Assembly: GCA_023898785.1 (NCBI GenBank)
Contig: CP060239.1
Span: 1,417,921-1,481,920, forward strand
DNA length: 64,000 bases
Direction of reading: 5' to 3'
Origin: Rhodospirillales bacterium
GTDB taxonomy: Bacteria > Pseudomonadota > Alphaproteobacteria > Micavibrionales > Micavibrionaceae
A program made the position numbers and the translations under genes. Below are positions 20,213 to 33,191 of the stretch, piece by piece (the stretch's first letter is position 1; each line of letters opens with the position of its first letter). The notes under the pieces are model-generated. The model saw only the letters and a list, made by a program, of their open reading frames with translations. It was not told the origin of the DNA and did no database searches.

Positions 20213-21037
20213 TTATTTCTTACGTCGGCGGATAATGTATTTATCCGTCGCTTTGTTCTTGCGTGTTTTATACCCTTTGGTCGGTACGCCCCACGGCGTC
20301 ACAGGGTGACGACCACCGGATGTGCGGCCTTCACCACCACCATGCGGGTGATCAACCGGGTTCATCACAACGCCGCGAACATGCGGGCGTTTGCCTTTCC
20401 AGCGCTGACGACCGGCTTTACCGTCGTTGGTGTTCATATGATCGGGGTTGGATACAGCGCCAACAACGGCGATACAGTCGCCACGAACCACGCGCAGTTC
20501 GCCGGAGGAAAGTTTTACCTGCGCATAGCCCTGATCACGCCCGACGAGCTGGGCGAATGTTCCGGCAGAGCGGATCATCTGTGCACCTTTGCCGGGCTTC
20601 ATTTCGATGTTGTGAATGATGGTTCCCACAGGCATGCGGCGCAAGGGCATCGCATTGCCGGGTTTTACATCCACTTTTTCACCGGCGATGATTTTATCAC
20701 CGACATTGAGACGCTGTGGAGCAACGATGTAGCGTTTTTCCCCATCTGCATATGTGATCAGAGCGATAAAGGCTGTGCGGTTCGGGTCATATTCGAGGCG
20801 CTCGACTGTACCTTCGATGTCCCATTTGTCGCGCTTCCAGTCGATCATGCGGTAGCGGCGCTTGTGGCCTCCGCCGATGTGGCGGGAGGTAATGCGGCCT
20901 GCATTGTTGCGCCCGCCGGTCTTGGTCAAACCTTCGGTGAGGGTCTTTTCCGGCTTGCCCTTATACAGATCCTTGCGGTCAATTTGCACCAACTGGCGCT
21001 GACCTGGCGATGTGGGGTTATACTTCTTTAATGCCAT
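20213..21037 (-). CDS. rplB: 50S ribosomal protein L2
   Basis: Canonical L2 (...[14 protein letters not shown]...). Confidence 0.95.
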   Translation of the reverse strand: MALKKYNPTSPGQRQLVQIDRKDLYKGKPEKTLTEGLTKTGGRNNAGRITSRHIGGGHKRRYRMIDWKRDKWDIEGTVERLEYDPNRTAFIALITYADGEKRYIVAPQRLNVGDKIIAGEKVDVKPGNAMPLRRMPVGTIIHNIEMKPGKGAQMIRSAGTFAQLVGRDQGYAQVKLSSGELRVVRGDCIAVVGAVSNPDHMNTNDGKAGRQRWKGKRPHVRGVVMNPVDHPHGGGEGRTSGGRHPVTPWGVPTKGYKTRKNKATDKYIIRRRKK

Positions 21038-21100
21038 TTTCTTCTTCCTTTATTCACCCGTTCTCGGCGGGCCACCATAGTTAAAATTCCTTATCAGAGG

Positions 21101-21307
21101 CTAAAGCCCAAAATGACTTTCGTAGTCTTGTTGTACCTCTCCTAAAAGACAGCACTCTACCGGACCCTCACCTTGCCGCGCATCTCTCGTAGCGGCAGCT
21201 ACAAGACTGTCTGTAATGCCGAGTCCTTCACCACGCGCCGCATCATTTTGGATATCTCTCAATGCCAGCTGTTCTGCTGTTTTTCTTGCTGCTTTAACAA
21301 AACTCAT
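21101..21307 (-). CDS. orphan small protein (68 aa) inserted between rplW and rplB
   Basis: Same strand, SD AAAGGAGAA about 6 nt before the ATG. No family recognised. Confidence 0.45.
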   Translation of the reverse strand: MSFVKAARKTAEQLALRDIQNDAARGEGLGITDSLVAAATRDARQGEGPVECCLLGEVQQDYESHFGL

Positions 21308-21328
21308 CTTTTTTCTCCTTTACTCAGT

Positions 21329-21643
21329 TTAAACTCCGGTGCCTGTATCAATTGTCTGGCCATCTTCCAAGGTTACAATCGCTTTTTTGAAATCGGAGCG
21401 CTTGCCCATGATGCCTTTAAAGCGTTTGGTCTTACCCTTTTGAATGAGCGTATTGACAGCCTTGACCTTGACATCGAAGAGGGCTTCGACCGCTTCTTTG
21501 ATTTCAGGCTTGGTTGCGTCTTTGGCGACTTTAAATGTCACCTGACCGTGCTCGGAACCCATTGTCGCTTTTTCCGTGATATGCGGCGCGATAACGGTGT
21601 TGTAGTTCTTGACGGTCGCTTCTTGTTTTTTTGCTTTTGCCAT
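21329..21643 (-). CDS. rplW: 50S ribosomal protein L23
   Basis: Canonical L23 core (...[32 protein letters not shown]...). Confidence 0.95.
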   Translation of the reverse strand: MAKAKKQEATVKNYNTVIAPHITEKATMGSEHGQVTFKVAKDATKPEIKEAVEALFDVKVKAVNTLIQKGKTKRFKGIMGKRSDFKKAIVTLEDGQTIDTGTGV

Positions 21644-21647
21644 GGCC

Positions 21648-22271
21648 TTAACCTTTCAATTTCTCTGTGATGTCCTTGACGGCATCTTTTGTCAGCACCA
21701 GAACATCGCGGCGCAGGATGTCGTAAACATTTGCACCAGCGCTTGGCAATACATCTATGCGCGGCAGGTTGGCGGTGGCGCGGGCGAAATTGACGTCCAC
21801 TTCCTTGCCGCCAACGATCAAGGCGTTGTCCAGTTCGAGCTTTTTCAGTGCTGCAGCCATCGGCTTGGTTTTGTGATCCTTGGCTTTGGCTTCATCCAGG
21901 ATGATCAGCTTGCCTTGGGCAGCCTTGCTTGAAAGTGCTGATTTCATTGCCAATTGACGAATTTTCTTCGGCAATTGGATCGCGTGTGAGCGAACAACCG
22001 GACCATGGACAACAGCGCCGCCACGGTCGATATTGCGCTTCAGGTCGCCTGCGCGGGCACGGCCTGTGCCTTTTTGGCTCCAGGGTTTTTTACCGGTGCC
22101 GGACACTTCACAACGTGTTTTGGCTTTGTGATTGCCAGAGCGGCGCGCCGCCAGTTGGTAATTCACCATCTGGTGCAAAATGTCCTGACGGACTTCGGCG
22201 CCAAAGATGTCTTTATCAAGCGTAATTTCGCCTGAAGCTTTACCATCCAATGTTTTGACTGCGATTTTCAT
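21648..22271 (-). CDS. rplD: 50S ribosomal protein L4
   Basis: Canonical L4 (...[18 protein letters not shown]...). Confidence 0.95.
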   Translation of the reverse strand: MKIAVKTLDGKASGEITLDKDIFGAEVRQDILHQMVNYQLAARRSGNHKAKTRCEVSGTGKKPWSQKGTGRARAGDLKRNIDRGGAVVHGPVVRSHAIQLPKKIRQLAMKSALSSKAAQGKLIILDEAKAKDHKTKPMAAALKKLELDNALIVGGKEVDVNFARATANLPRIDVLPSAGANVYDILRRDVLVLTKDAVKDITEKLKG

Positions 22272-22274
22272 CTC

Positions 22275-23045
22275 TTAGTCTTCCTTCTTTTCTGAAGTTT
22301 CTTCAGTTTTTGTTTCTTCAGCCGGAGCTTCTTCTTTAGCAGCTTGAGGCTTGGCAGTTTCTTTCAAACCGGCGGGAAACGGTGCGTCTTTATGCGCAGG
22401 CTTCTTAACCGCATCATTGATCAGAACCCATCCCTGTTTTGCGCCGGGGACTGCGCCCTTAACCAAAATCAAACCGTCTTCTTCATCAACAGCAACGATT
22501 TGCAGATTTTGTGTTGTCACGCGTTCATCGCCAAGGTGACCGGCCATTTTCTTGCCTTTAAAGACCCGGCCCGGTTCCTGACACTGGCCGGTTGAGCCGT
22601 GCGCACGGTGGGAAACCGACACGCCGTGCGAAGCCCGCAGACCGCCGAAGTTGTGGCGCTTCATCCCGCCGGCGAAGCCTTTACCCTTGGACGTTGCCGT
22701 GACATCAACAAACTGACCGGAGACAAAGTGGTTCACGCTGAGCTGCGCGCCGATTTCGAGGAGGTTCTCATTGGCAACGCGGAATTCCACGACTTTTTTC
22801 TTTGGCTCGATTTTTGCCTTGGCAAACACACCACGATTGGCCTTGGATGTCCGCTTGATCTTGGCTTTACCCGCACCGAGCGCGACAGCGCTATAGCCGT
22901 CTTTTTCTTCGGTGCGCACGCCTACAACCTGACACTCATCGAGCTTTAATACTGTTACAGGCACATGACGGCCATCCTCGTCAAAAATGCGAGTCATGCC
23001 TTCCTTACGTGCAATCAGTCCTGTTCTTTGTCTTTCAACACTCAT
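22275..23045 (-). CDS. rplC: 50S ribosomal protein L3 with acidic/Lys-rich C-terminal tail
   Basis: Canonical L3 core (...[17 protein letters not shown]...) plus tail ...[26 protein letters not shown]. Confidence 0.95.
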   Translation of the reverse strand: MSVERQRTGLIARKEGMTRIFDEDGRHVPVTVLKLDECQVVGVRTEEKDGYSAVALGAGKAKIKRTSKANRGVFAKAKIEPKKKVVEFRVANENLLEIGAQLSVNHFVSGQFVDVTATSKGKGFAGGMKRHNFGGLRASHGVSVSHRAHGSTGQCQEPGRVFKGKKMAGHLGDERVTTQNLQIVAVDEEDGLILVKGAVPGAKQGWVLINDAVKKPAHKDAPFPAGLKETAKPQAAKEEAPAEETKTEETSEKKED

Positions 23046-23108
23046 TTTCTTTTCCTTCCCAGAGGTTGGCCTTAAGTAACCAACGTAGAGTCAAAACAAT
23101 CCATTATT

Positions 23109-23435
23109 TTAAGCGGCTTGCATCTGGCCAATCTTGATTTCAACGTCCACGCCTGCGGGCAAATCAAGCTTCATCAAAGCGTCGATTGTCTGCGGAGTGG
23201 GGTCAATTACATCTAAAAGTCTTTTGTGAGTCCGCATTTCGAACTGCTCTTGCGAGTTTTTGTTCACGTGCGGAGAGCGAATGACAGAAAACTTTGTAAT
23301 ACGGTTGGGCAAAGGCACCGGACCACGTACAGAAGCGCCGGTGCGCTTTGCGGTGTTCAGGATCTCGCTGCTGGCGGTATCCAGAATGCGATGATCAAAT
23401 GCCTTTAATGTGATCCGAATGCTTTGCGCGTCCAT
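23109..23435 (-). CDS. rpsJ: 30S ribosomal protein S10
   Basis: ...[14 protein letters not shown]... is canonical S10. Confidence 0.95.
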   Translation of the reverse strand: MDAQSIRITLKAFDHRILDTASSEILNTAKRTGASVRGPVPLPNRITKFSVIRSPHVNKNSQEQFEMRTHKRLLDVIDPTPQTIDALMKLDLPAGVDVEIKIGQMQAA

Positions 23436-23465
23436 AACTTTGTTTCCTTCTTACGCTTTAATCAC

Positions 23466-24644
23466 TTACTCGACGATTTTGGAGACGACGCCGGCACCGA
23501 CGGTGCGGCCGCCTTCGCGGATTGCAAAGCGCAGACCTTCGCTCATCGCGACAGGCGCGATCAGCTCGACTTCCATACCGTTGATGTTATCGCCGGGCAT
23601 CACCATCTCGGTGCCGCTTGGCAACGTCACTTCACCGGTCACGTCCGTCGTTCTGAAGTAGAACTGCGGGCGATACTTCGTAAAGAATGGTGTGTGACGA
23701 CCGCCTTCATCCTTCGACAGAATGTAGGCTTCGGCCATGAATTTCTTGTGCGGCGTGATCGAGCCGGGCTTACACAAAACCTGACCGCGCTCAACTTCCT
23801 CACGCTTGGTCCCGCGCAGCAAGACACCAACATTGTCACCGGCTTCGCCGCGATCAAGCAGCTTGCGGAACATTTCAACGCCCGTGCAGACAGTCTTTTG
23901 CGTGTCGCGGATACCAACGATTTCAATCTCGTCGTTCACATTGATCACGCCTTGCTCAATACGACCCGTAACAACCGTTCCACGGCCGGAAATCGAGAAT
24001 ACGTCTTCAACAGGCATCAGGAAGTCTTTGTCAATTTCACGCGCAGGTGTCGGAATATATTCATCGACAGCCTTGAGCAGCTCAACAATCGAATTCTCAC
24101 CAATCTCAGGATCGCGCCCTTCCACAGCAGCCAAAGCCGAGCCTTTGATAATCGGAATTTCATCGCCGGGGAATTCATAGGAAGAGAGCAATTCACGCAC
24201 TTCCATCTCAACCAGCTCCAGCAATTCTTCATCGTCAACCTGGTCGACCTTGTTCAGGTACACCACCAGAGCAGGAACGCCCACCTGACGCGCCAGCAAG
24301 ATGTGCTCACGGGTCTGCGGCATCGGACCGTCAGCCGCGTTCACAACCAAAATCGCACCGTCCATCTGCGCCGCACCCGTGATCATGTTCTTCACATAGT
24401 CCGCGTGGCCCGGGCAGTCCACATGCGCATAGTGGCGCTTGTCCGTCTCGTACTCAACATGAGCCGTCGAAATCGTGATCCCGCGCGCTTTTTCCTCAGG
24501 CGCCTTGTCGATCTTGTCAACGCTCTCACCATTGCCATACTTCTTCGCAATCGCCGCCGTCAGCGTCGTCTTACCATGGTCAACGTGACCAATCGTACCA
24601 ATATTCGCATGCGGCTTGTTTCTTTCAAATTTTTCCTTGCTCAT
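23466..24644 (-). CDS. tuf: translation elongation factor Tu
   Basis: ...[14 protein letters not shown]...DCPGHADY...NKVD... are the canonical EF-Tu G-motifs. Confidence 0.97.
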   Translation of the reverse strand: MSKEKFERNKPHANIGTIGHVDHGKTTLTAAIAKKYGNGESVDKIDKAPEEKARGITISTAHVEYETDKRHYAHVDCPGHADYVKNMITGAAQMDGAILVVNAADGPMPQTREHILLARQVGVPALVVYLNKVDQVDDEELLELVEMEVRELLSSYEFPGDEIPIIKGSALAAVEGRDPEIGENSIVELLKAVDEYIPTPAREIDKDFLMPVEDVFSISGRGTVVTGRIEQGVINVNDEIEIVGIRDTQKTVCTGVEMFRKLLDRGEAGDNVGVLLRGTKREEVERGQVLCKPGSITPHKKFMAEAYILSKDEGGRHTPFFTKYRPQFYFRTTDVTGEVTLPSGTEMVMPGDNINGMEVELIAPVAMSEGLRFAIREGGRTVGAGVVSKIVE

Positions 24645-24713
24645 TTTTCAATGCTCCTTTTTAAAAACTATTAAATTCTTATAGGTTCCCGCTTTCTCGG
24701 GAATTTACTCGCT

Positions 24714-26822
24714 CTAAGCTCCTAAACTTTCTTTCACTTCCGCCGCCACATTTGCCGGAACCGGTTCGTAGTGGTCGAACTGCATCGTATATTGCGCGCG
24801 GCCTTGCGACATTGAGCGCAATGTATTGATATAGCCGAACATGTTGGCCAGCGGCACGTGCGCGTCGATGACTTTTGCGTTTCCGCGATCACCCATGCCC
24901 GCCACCTGACCGCGGCGAGAGTTCAAGTCGCCGATAATGTCGCCCATATATTCTTCAGGGGTCACCACTTCAACCTTCATCATGGGCTCAAGCAATTGCG
25001 GGCCGGCCTTTTGCATCGCTTCTTTAAACGCGGCTTTGGCGGCAATTTCAAAGGCCATGACAGAGGAGTCAACATCGTGATAGGCACCGTCCACCAGCGT
25101 GGCTTTGAAGTCGACAACCGGGAAGCCCGCGATAATGCCGGTTTCCTTGGCCATTTGCAGACCTTTTTCAACGCCGGGAATGTATTCTTTCGGTACGTTT
25201 CCGCCAACGACCTTGCTTTCGAATGAGAAGCCTTCGCCAGCTTCGGCAGGTTCAAAAACCATGTCGATTTTCGCGAACTGACCGGAGCCACCCGTTTGTT
25301 TTTTGTGGGTGTAGGACAGTTCGGTGACTTTGGTGATTGTCTCACGATAGGCTACTTGCGGCGCACCGATATTCGCTTCGACTTTAAATTCGCGCTTCAT
25401 GCGGTCGACAAGAATGTCGAGGTGCAGTTCACCCATACCGGCAATGATGGTTTGACCGGATTCATGGTCAACCTTGACGCGGAAGGACGGGTCTTCTGCG
25501 GCCAAACGTTGCAGGGCTTGTGACATTTTTTCCTGGTCAGCCTTGGTTTTTGGCTCGACGGCAATTTCGATCACCGGCTCAGGGAATTCCATGCGCTCAA
25601 GCACAACCGGCTTATCTTTATCGCAAAGTGTGTCACCGGTCGTTGTATCTTTCATGCCCACGAACGCTACGATGTCACCGGCATGGGCGATAGAAAGCTC
25701 TTCGCGGTTATTTGAGTGCATCAAGAGCATCCGGCCCACACGTTCGCGCTTGTCTTTTACAGAGTTCATGACGTAGGAACCGGATTCGATGGTCCCGGAA
25801 TATATACGCGCAAATGTCAAAGAGCCGACAAACGGGTCGTTCATGATTTTAAAGGCCAGCGCAGAGAATGGCGCAGCGTCATCAGGCGCACGGGTTTCCG
25901 GTTCGTCAGAGTCAACCTTATGCCCCTTTACCGCGCCGATGTCCAACGGAGACGGCAAATATTCGACAACAGCATCGAGCATCGGCTGAACGCCTTTGTT
26001 CTTGAACGCCGTTCCGCACATGACAGGAACGAATGCGCCCGCGATCGTGCCTTTACGGATGCATTTTTTCAAGGTTTCCTCATCGGGTTCATTGCCTTCG
26101 AGGTAGGCTTCCATGGCCGCATCATCTTGTTCAACAGCCAGTTCAACCAGCTTTTCGCGGTACTCAGCAGCTTTGTCAGCCAGATCGGCCGGGATATCTT
26201 CGTAAGCATATGTCGCGCCCAGCGCCTCGCCGTCCCAGACAACGGCCTTCATGCGCACAAGATCCACATGGCCGACATAATTGTTTTCGGCACCGATCGG
26301 AAGCTGGATTACGCAAGGCACAGCGCCGAGGCGATCAATGATCATATCAACTGTGTTGTAAAAATCTGCGCCGATTTTATCCATTTTGTTCACGAAACAC
26401 ATGCGCGGCACATGGTATTTATCAGCCTGACGCCACACGGTTTCGGTTTGCGGCTCAACGCCGGCGTTCGCATCAAACACGGCAATCGCGCCGTCAAGCA
26501 CGCGCAAGGAGCGCTCAACCTCAATTGTGAAGTCCACGTGGCCCGGCGTGTCGATAATATTCAGGCGAAAACGCTGACCAGAGAACGGACCGTCCTTCGG
26601 CGCGTCCCAGAAGGTGGTGGTCGCAGCAGAGGTAATCGTGATGCCACGTTCCTGCTCCTGCTCCATCCAGTCCATGGTGGCCGCACCATCATGCACTTCA
26701 CCAATTTTGTGGGACTTACCGGAATAAAACAAAATACGCTCGGTCGTTGTGGTTTTACCCGCATCGATGTGCGCCATAATGCCGAAGTTCCGGTAGTTCT
26801 CAATTGCGTGTTCGCGTGTCAT
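24714..26822 (-). CDS. fusA: translation elongation factor G
   Basis: ...[20 protein letters not shown]... is canonical EF-G. Confidence 0.97.
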   Translation of the reverse strand: MTREHAIENYRNFGIMAHIDAGKTTTTERILFYSGKSHKIGEVHDGAATMDWMEQEQERGITITSAATTTFWDAPKDGPFSGQRFRLNIIDTPGHVDFTIEVERSLRVLDGAIAVFDANAGVEPQTETVWRQADKYHVPRMCFVNKMDKIGADFYNTVDMIIDRLGAVPCVIQLPIGAENNYVGHVDLVRMKAVVWDGEALGATYAYEDIPADLADKAAEYREKLVELAVEQDDAAMEAYLEGNEPDEETLKKCIRKGTIAGAFVPVMCGTAFKNKGVQPMLDAVVEYLPSPLDIGAVKGHKVDSDEPETRAPDDAAPFSALAFKIMNDPFVGSLTFARIYSGTIESGSYVMNSVKDKRERVGRMLLMHSNNREELSIAHAGDIVAFVGMKDTTTGDTLCDKDKPVVLERMEFPEPVIEIAVEPKTKADQEKMSQALQRLAAEDPSFRVKVDHESGQTIIAGMGELHLDILVDRMKREFKVEANIGAPQVAYRETITKVTELSYTHKKQTGGSGQFAKIDMVFEPAEAGEGFSFESKVVGGNVPKEYIPGVEKGLQMAKETGIIAGFPVVDFKATLVDGAYHDVDSSVMAFEIAAKAAFKEAMQKAGPQLLEPMMKVEVVTPEEYMGDIIGDLNSRRGQVAGMGDRGNAKVIDAHVPLANMFGYINTLRSMSQGRAQYTMQFDHYEPVPANVAAEVKESLGA

Positions 26823-26858
26823 TTTCAGTTTCCAGTTAGCGGTTAATCAGTTAGCGGT

Positions 26859-27401
<543 letters not shown>

Positions 27402-27405
27402 CTAT

Positions 27406-27600
27406 CTATTTAATTCCACAAATATCTGGACCATAAATTTCTAAATACTCTCGCACTGCTGCCGTATAATTCTCATGGCGAGGCGCATAAACACTATCCA
27501 ACTCCAAGCGTTGTTCTGCATTAAGCCCCCCGAGAGCCACAGCCGCCGTGTGCTGCGCCACAATATCCATACCCTGTTCAAAATGTTTGTACTCAGACAT
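27406..27600 (-). CDS. orphan small protein (64 aa) inserted between rpsL and rpsG
   Basis: Same strand, with 15-nt and 13-nt gaps to its neighbours. AGGAG overlaps the rpsL stop about 12 nt upstream of the ATG. AT-richer than flanks. Confidence 0.4.
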   Translation of the reverse strand: MSEYKHFEQGMDIVAQHTAAVALGGLNAEQRLELDSVYAPRHENYTAAVREYLEIYGPDICGIK

Positions 27601-27615
27601 CTTTAAAAACCACTC

Positions 27616-27987
27616 CTATTTCGGACGTTTCGCGCCGTAGCGTGAACGGGCCTGTTTACGATCTTTAACGCCTTGGGTATCGAGCGTTCCACGAATAATG
27701 GTGTAGCGCACACCGGGCAAGTCTTTCACACGACCGCCACGCACAAGAACAACGGAGTGCTCCTGCAAATTGTGACCTTCACCGGGAATGTAGCAAATCA
27801 CTTCCAAGCCTGTCGTCAAACGCACCTTGGCGACCTTACGCAAAGCGGAGTTCGGTTTCTTCGGCGTTGTTGTATAAACGCGGGTGCAGACGCCGCGGCG
27901 TTGCGGGTTGCTTTTCAGCGCCCGGTTTTTCTTTGCTTTTACAACTTTTTGTCTCGGCTTGCGCACGAGCTGTTGAATAGTTGGCAT
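27616..27987 (-). CDS. rpsL: 30S ribosomal protein S12
   Basis: [12 protein letters not shown]... is canonical S12. Confidence 0.97.
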   Translation of the reverse strand: MPTIQQLVRKPRQKVVKAKKNRALKSNPQRRGVCTRVYTTTPKKPNSALRKVAKVRLTTGLEVICYIPGEGHNLQEHSVVLVRGGRVKDLPGVRYTIIRGTLDTQGVKDRKQARSRYGAKRPK

Positions 27988-28171
27988 ATTTCTAAAGCCT
28001 CTTTTTAAATCTCATTTTTAAGGATGGCTGCATATAGCGTCAGAAAGACACGCAAGTCCAGAACTTTTTTTCACAAAGTGAAAAGGACTTTTTATTGCAG
28101 AGCATCCTGTTTCTTTCAGGATGTTGCACCAAACGGGTTCAAACCCTTAAGGCCCAACAGATTCTGGCGGG

Positions 28172-28200
28172 AATATAGGAGGAATCGATTCCGGCGTCAA
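28172..28200 (-). promoter_or_regulatory. putative sigma70 promoter of the rpsL (str) operon: TTGACG, 17 nt spacer, TATATT
   Basis: The minus strand reads cccTTGACGccggaatcgattcctccTATATTccc, about 185 nt upstream of the rpsL ATG. Confidence 0.55.
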
Positions 28201-28216
28201 GGGTTTATTTTACGAA

Positions 28217-28801
28217 TCATCGGGGCTGATCTGGTTCAGTGTTTTTGGACAAATCAACTGGCCATGTATTTGAGGTTTTAGGCCTCGTCACATGCATGTT
28301 TTCAACCTCGTATAAAGCTCCGATTTTCCATGCATCTAAGCACCTGTGGGAAGCCAGTGGTGCAATGGCACTTCCTTGCGGGTCGACCGCTTCTATAAAA
28401 TCTTTTGCCGCATCATAGGACTTAAAGCACATAAAACCGGCGGCGGCGCTTGTAAATTCAGCGCTTATGCGCGGGATGTTAAAGCTGTGCGTCTCTGTCT
28501 CCACTTGCCCCGCTCCATTCGGAAGAACTTCAAATATATACGGCTTTACCGTCACCTCAAGGCCCAGATAGAGGGCCTGCGGCAGTTTTTTTTCCTGTTC
28601 CTGTGCGGTGCGAACAAGAGCCTTGATCTTTGAAAGCACCGGCAGAACAAAGTTATTTTCCGCGCCGGATTGCTGCGCTATCCCTTCAAAGAAGGAAAAA
28701 CCCATATGTTCGACCAAAGAGGCAAAATCTGGAATGTCTATTGAGAGTTGTTCCGGATCTGCGCTTATTTCCTTTAAGGTTTTTTCATTGAGGATGCTCA
28801 T
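28217..28801 (-). CDS. orphan hypothetical protein (194 aa) between the rpoC terminator and the rpsL promoter
   Basis: ATG at 28801 (MSILNEKTLKEIS...). The longer track ORF (TTG at 28888) would include the rpoC terminator hairpin, so the internal ATG is preferred. No family recognised. Confidence 0.5.
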   Translation of the reverse strand: MSILNEKTLKEISADPEQLSIDIPDFASLVEHMGFSFFEGIAQQSGAENNFVLPVLSKIKALVRTAQEQEKKLPQALYLGLEVTVKPYIFEVLPNGAGQVETETHSFNIPRISAEFTSAAAGFMCFKSYDAAKDFIEAVDPQGSAIAPLASHRCLDAWKIGALYEVENMHVTRPKTSNTWPVDLSKNTEPDQPR

Positions 28802-28870
28802 TAACGGCCCTTTTTGTGTGCTGTAGGAATGCGCGTTTTTAGTAGCTCCATTGTTATATGTCAATAAATA

Positions 28871-28898
28871 AACAAAAAGGGGCTGCAAAGCCCCTTTT
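28871..28898 (-). terminator. rho-independent terminator downstream of rpoC
   Basis: Stem GGGGCT/AGCCCC with a 4-nt loop, followed on the minus strand by TTTTTGTTTATTT. Confidence 0.7.
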
Positions 28899-28927
28899 CT
28901 TATATTTTTACGATTGACCGGTTTGGT

Positions 28928-31900
28928 TTAACCGTTGGCGGCTTCTTTGGCCTCTTCTTCGGGCGCGGACGTATCAGCGGCGGAAAGCGCGGCGGCGTCA
29001 TTGGCACCTTCGAGGATTTCCTCTTCAGGCTGGGGCTGGCTATCCAGGATCACCTGATCCCGCTCGGCCGCGATGCGTTTAACGCCCGCAGTATAAGCAC
29101 CTGTCCCAGCCGGGATGAGGCGGCCAACAATGACGTTTTCTTTCAGTCCAAACAGCTTGTCGACCTTGCCTTGTACGGCAGCTTCGGTCAGAACGCGTGT
29201 TGTTTCCTGGAAGGACGCGGCCGAGATAAAGCTGCGCGTTTGCAGAGATGCTTTGGTGATCCCCTGCAGAACGGGCTTGCCAACCGGCGGGCGCTTACCT
29301 TCAGATTCGTATTTGGCGGTGATCTCGTCGAATTCACTGCGCTCGACATGTTCTCCGACAAGGAATGTCGAGTCGCCGACTTCGGTGATTTCAACCTTTT
29401 GCATCATCTGGCGTACAATCACCTCGATATGCTTGTCGTTGATTTTCACCCCTTGCAGGCGATAAACATCCTGCACTTCATTGGTGAGGTAGTCTGCCAA
29501 GGCTTCCACGCCCATAACATCGAGGATGTCGTGCGGCACCAGAGCCCCGTCGAGGATCGGGTCGCCTTTGCGGACGAAGTCACCTTCATGCACGGCCAGG
29601 TGACGCCCCTTCGGCACAAGATATTCGCGCGGTTCGCCATCATCGGTGTTGGCCGGCTTCACAGCGATGCGGCGCTTGGACTTATAGTCTTTTCCGAATT
29701 CAACGTAACCATCGATCTCGGAAATGACGGCGAAGTCTTTGGGCATGCGGGCTTCGAACAGCTCGGCCACGCGCGGCAGACCGCCGGTAATGTCACGGGT
29801 TTTCGATGTCTCACGCGGAATACGTGCGATGATGTCACCCGCTTTGACTTCCTGCTCATTTTCGGCACTCAAAATCGTATCCACAGACAGATAGTAGTTC
29901 GCAGGCAAGCCGTTTGGCAGGTTAATCACTTTACCTTTCTTATCGAGCAGGCTGATGCGTGGTTTCAGATCGCCGCCTTTTGGCTGGGAACGCCAGTCGA
30001 TAATTTTCTTGGATGTAATCCCTGTTGCTTCATCAACATCGTCAGTGACGGAAACGCCGTCAACGAGATCGAAATAGTGGGCCACACCGTCTTTTTCGGT
30101 GATGACAGGCAATGTGTATGGGTCCCATTCGGCCATTTTGTCGCCGGCTTTGACCTTTTTGCCATCCTCGACCAGAAGTTTTGCACCGTATGGAACGCGG
30201 TGCGTGGCTTTTTCGTGGCCTTTTTTGTCTTTCAGGACAATTTCGGTATTGCGGCCCATGACGATGGTGAGCCCTTCCGAGTTTTTTACAACGTTTTGAT
30301 TGCGCACTTCGATGGTGGCATCGATGTTGGCATCAACATGAGAACGCTCGGCACCTTTTTGCGCCGCACCGCCAATGTGGAAAGTTCGCATTGTCAGCTG
30401 CGTACCAGGCTCGCCGATAGATTGCGCCGCCATAACGCCGATCGCTTCGCCGATATTGACCTCGGTGCCGCGGGCCAAATCCCGGCCGTAACATTTGGCG
30501 CAGATGCCGTTATGTTCGCCTTCACAGGTCAGGACAGAGCGAACGAGCACTTCATCAATTCCGGCGGTTTCGATTGCTTCGGTATTGTTTTCATCAAACA
30601 TTTCGGCGGCTTTAACGATTGTATTACCGTCAAGCGGGTTGATGACATCGACAGAGGCGCAACGGCCCATGATACGTTCGGACAAGGATACTACCACGTC
30701 AGCACCGTTCATGACTGCGCGCATAGAAATGCCTTTTTCCGTGCCGCAATCTTCTTCGGTAACGATGGCATCCTGGGCCACGTCAACAAGGCGGCGGGTC
30801 AGGTAACCGGAGTTGGCTGTTTTCAGAGCCGTATCGGCCAGACCTTTACGCGCACCGTGCGTGGAGTTGAAGTATTCCAGCACGGACAGACCTTCTTTAA
30901 AGTTTGAGATAATCGGCGTTTCGATAATCTCACCAGACGGCTTGGCCATCAAGCCGCGCATCCCGGCGAGCTGGCGGATCTGCGCTGCAGATCCCCGTGC
31001 TCCGGAGTGAGCCATCATGTAAACGGCATTGAGGTTGCCGCTTTCTATATTAGAGATTTTGCTCATCATCGCGTCGGCTACGTCATCGGTACATTTCGAC
31101 CAGATATCAACGACCTTGTTGTATTTCTCACCTTTGGTGATCAGACCGTCTTGATATTGCTGCTCAAATTCCTTGACCTTGTCATTGGCTTCACCAACCA
31201 GTTTCTGCTTCTCATCGGGGATGATGAGGTCGTCTTTACCGAAGGAAATCCCAGCGATACACGCATAGCGGAAGCCGAGCTTCATCAAACGGTCAGCGAA
31301 GATCACAGTGTCTTTCTGGCCGCAGTGACGATAGGATTCCTCGATCACACAGGAGAGTTCTTTTTTGGTCAGAACCTGGTTGATCATGGAAAACGGAAGT
31401 TCCGGATGGCGCGGCAAGAGATCAGAGATTAAAATCCGACCCGGAGTCGATTCAACGATTTCTGTTTTCGGGTCACCATTTTCGTCAACTGTGTGATAAC
31501 GGCACTTAATTTTTGCGTGCAGGGAGAGTACTTTTTGTTCCAAGGCATGGGTAATTTCACCTGCGCCGCGGAAGATCATACCTTCGCCGGGTTCGCCATC
31601 GCGCGCCAATGACAAATAATACAGACCCAGAATAATATCCTGCGTCGGCACAATCACGGGTTTGCCGTTTGCGGGCGAAAGGATGTTGTTGGTTGCCATC
31701 ATCAAGCAGCGCGCTTCAAGCTGGGCTTCAATGGATAGCGGCACGTGAACGGCCATCTGGTCACCGTCAAAGTCGGCGTTGAAGGCGGTACATACCAGCG
31801 GATGTAAGTTGATCGCCTTACCTTCGATCAGTACAGGTTCGAAGGCCTGGATTCCAAGTCGGTGGAGCGTTGGCGCGCGGTTAAGCATCACCGGGTGTTC

Positions 31901-33154
31901 GCGGATGACTTCTTCGAGGATATCCCAAACTTCGGGGCGCTCTTTTTCAACCATTTTTTTGGCAGCCTTGACCGTGGAGGCCATGCCGTAAAGTTCAAGT
32001 TTGTGGTAGATGAAGGGCTTGAACAGCTCGAGCGCCATTTTCTTCGGAATACCGCACTGGTGCAGTTTCAGCTCAGGACCGACCACGATGACGGAACGGC
32101 CAGAATAGTCGACGCGTTTTCCGAGCAAGTTCTGGCGGAAACGGCCCTGTTTCCCTTTGAGCATGTCAGAAAGAGATTTCAACGGGCGTTTGTTGGCGCC
32201 GGTAATGACGCGGCCACGGCGACCGTTATCGAAGAGTGCATCCACGGATTCCTGGAGCATGCGTTTTTCGTTCCGGACGATAATGTCGGGGGCGCGCAGT
32301 TCGATCAGGCGTTTCAGGCGGTTGTTGCGGTTGATAACGCGACGATACAGATCGTTCAAATCAGACGTTGCAAAACGGCCACCATCCAAAGGCACCAGCG
32401 GGCGTAGTTCGGGCGGCAGCACGGGAATGATATCGAGGATCATCCATTCAGGGCGCGCGCCGGATTCGAGGAAGCTGTCGAGCAGTTTCAGGCGCTTGAC
32501 GAGTTTCTTGCGTTTGGCTTCGGAGCCGGTTTCGCGTAGATCTTCTTCGACCTGCACCTTGATTTCTTCCAGATCGAGACTGGAGAGAATTTCCTTCATG
32601 GCCTCGGCGCCGATACCGGCGCGGAAATTATCTTCGCCGTATTCGTCCTGCGCGGCGTAGTATTCTTCTTCGTTCAAAAGCTGGTATTGCTTGAGCGGGG
32701 TCATGCCCGGTTCGACGACAATGAAGTTTTCGAAATACAATACGCGCTCAAGGTCCTTAAGTGTCATGTCCATAATCAAGCCGATGCGCGATGGCAAGGA
32801 TTTCAAGAACCAGATGTGAGCGACCGGGCTGGCCAGGTCGATGTGGCCCATGCGCTCGCGGCGGACTTTGGTCAGGGTGACTTCAACGCCACATTTTTCG
32901 CAGATGATGCCTTTATATTTCATACGCTTGTATTTGCCGCACAGACATTCGTAATCCTTGATTGGGCCAAAGATGCGCGCGCAGAACAGACCGTCTTTTT
33001 CCGGCTTGAAGGTCCGATAGTTAATCGTCTCAGGCTTTTTGACCTCACCGAACGACCAGCTGCGGATTTGCTCCGGGCTTGCAATCGAAATACGGATGGA
33101 GTCAAAAGACTGCGGCCCTGTCGGCTGGCCAAAGAGGTTCATGAGTTCGTTCAT
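28928..33154 (-). CDS. rpoC: DNA-directed RNA polymerase subunit beta'
   Basis: Canonical RpoC, including the NADFDGDQM catalytic motif. SD AAGGAG is upstream. Confidence 0.97.
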   Translation of the reverse strand: MNELMNLFGQPTGPQSFDSIRISIASPEQIRSWSFGEVKKPETINYRTFKPEKDGLFCARIFGPIKDYECLCGKYKRMKYKGIICEKCGVEVTLTKVRRERMGHIDLASPVAHIWFLKSLPSRIGLIMDMTLKDLERVLYFENFIVVEPGMTPLKQYQLLNEEEYYAAQDEYGEDNFRAGIGAEAMKEILSSLDLEEIKVQVEEDLRETGSEAKRKKLVKRLKLLDSFLESGARPEWMILDIIPVLPPELRPLVPLDGGRFATSDLNDLYRRVINRNNRLKRLIELRAPDIIVRNEKRMLQESVDALFDNGRRGRVITGANKRPLKSLSDMLKGKQGRFRQNLLGKRVDYSGRSVIVVGPELKLHQCGIPKKMALELFKPFIYHKLELYGMASTVKAAKKMVEKERPEVWDILEEVIREHPVMLNRAPTLHRLGIQAFEPVLIEGKAINLHPLVCTAFNADFDGDQMAVHVPLSIEAQLEARCLMMATNNILSPANGKPVIVPTQDIILGLYYLSLARDGEPGEGMIFRGAGEITHALEQKVLSLHAKIKCRYHTVDENGDPKTEIVESTPGRILISDLLPRHPELPFSMINQVLTKKELSCVIEESYRHCGQKDTVIFADRLMKLGFRYACIAGISFGKDDLIIPDEKQKLVGEANDKVKEFEQQYQDGLITKGEKYNKVVDIWSKCTDDVADAMMSKISNIESGNLNAVYMMAHSGARGSAAQIRQLAGMRGLMAKPSGEIIETPIISNFKEGLSVLEYFNSTHGARKGLADTALKTANSGYLTRRLVDVAQDAIVTEEDCGTEKGISMRAVMNGADVVVSLSERIMGRCASVDVINPLDGNTIVKAAEMFDENNTEAIETAGIDEVLVRSVLTCEGEHNGICAKCYGRDLARGTEVNIGEAIGVMAAQSIGEPGTQLTMRTFHIGGAAQKGAERSHVDANIDATIEVRNQNVVKNSEGLTIVMGRNTEIVLKDKKGHEKATHRVPYGAKLLVEDGKKVKAGDKMAEWDPYTLPVITEKDGVAHYFDLVDGVSVTDDVDEATGITSKKIIDWRSQPKGGDLKPRISLLDKKGKVINLPNGLPANYYLSVDTILSAENEQEVKAGDIIARIPRETSKTRDITGGLPRVAELFEARMPKDFAVISEIDGYVEFGKDYKSKRRIAVKPANTDDGEPREYLVPKGRHLAVHEGDFVRKGDPILDGALVPHDILDVMGVEALADYLTNEVQDVYRLQGVKINDKHIEVIVRQMMQKVEITEVGDSTFLVGEHVERSEFDEITAKYESEGKRPPVGKPVLQGITKASLQTRSFISAASFQETTRVLTEAAVQGKVDKLFGLKENVIVGRLIPAGTGAYTAGVKRIAAERDQVILDSQPQPEEEILEGANDAAALSAADTSAPEEEAKEAANG

Positions 33155-33191
33155 TTTTCGTGCTCCTTAATTTGGGCTAATTTTTATATCT

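Noticed and set aside
23424-24674. 416-aa plus-strand ORF
   Set aside because: It is antisense to tuf, Arg/His/Asn-rich with no motifs, so a shadow ORF.
25716-26846. 376-aa plus-strand ORF
   Set aside because: It is antisense to fusA, a shadow ORF.
28802-28888. N-terminal extension (TTG start) of the 28217 ORF
   Set aside because: The extension would be translated from the rpoC terminator hairpin itself, so the internal ATG at 28801 is preferred.
29171-30907. 578-aa plus-strand ORF
   Set aside because: It lies entirely antisense to rpoC and has Arg/His/Phe/Val-rich low-information composition. This is a typical shadow ORF of a long, strongly biased gene.
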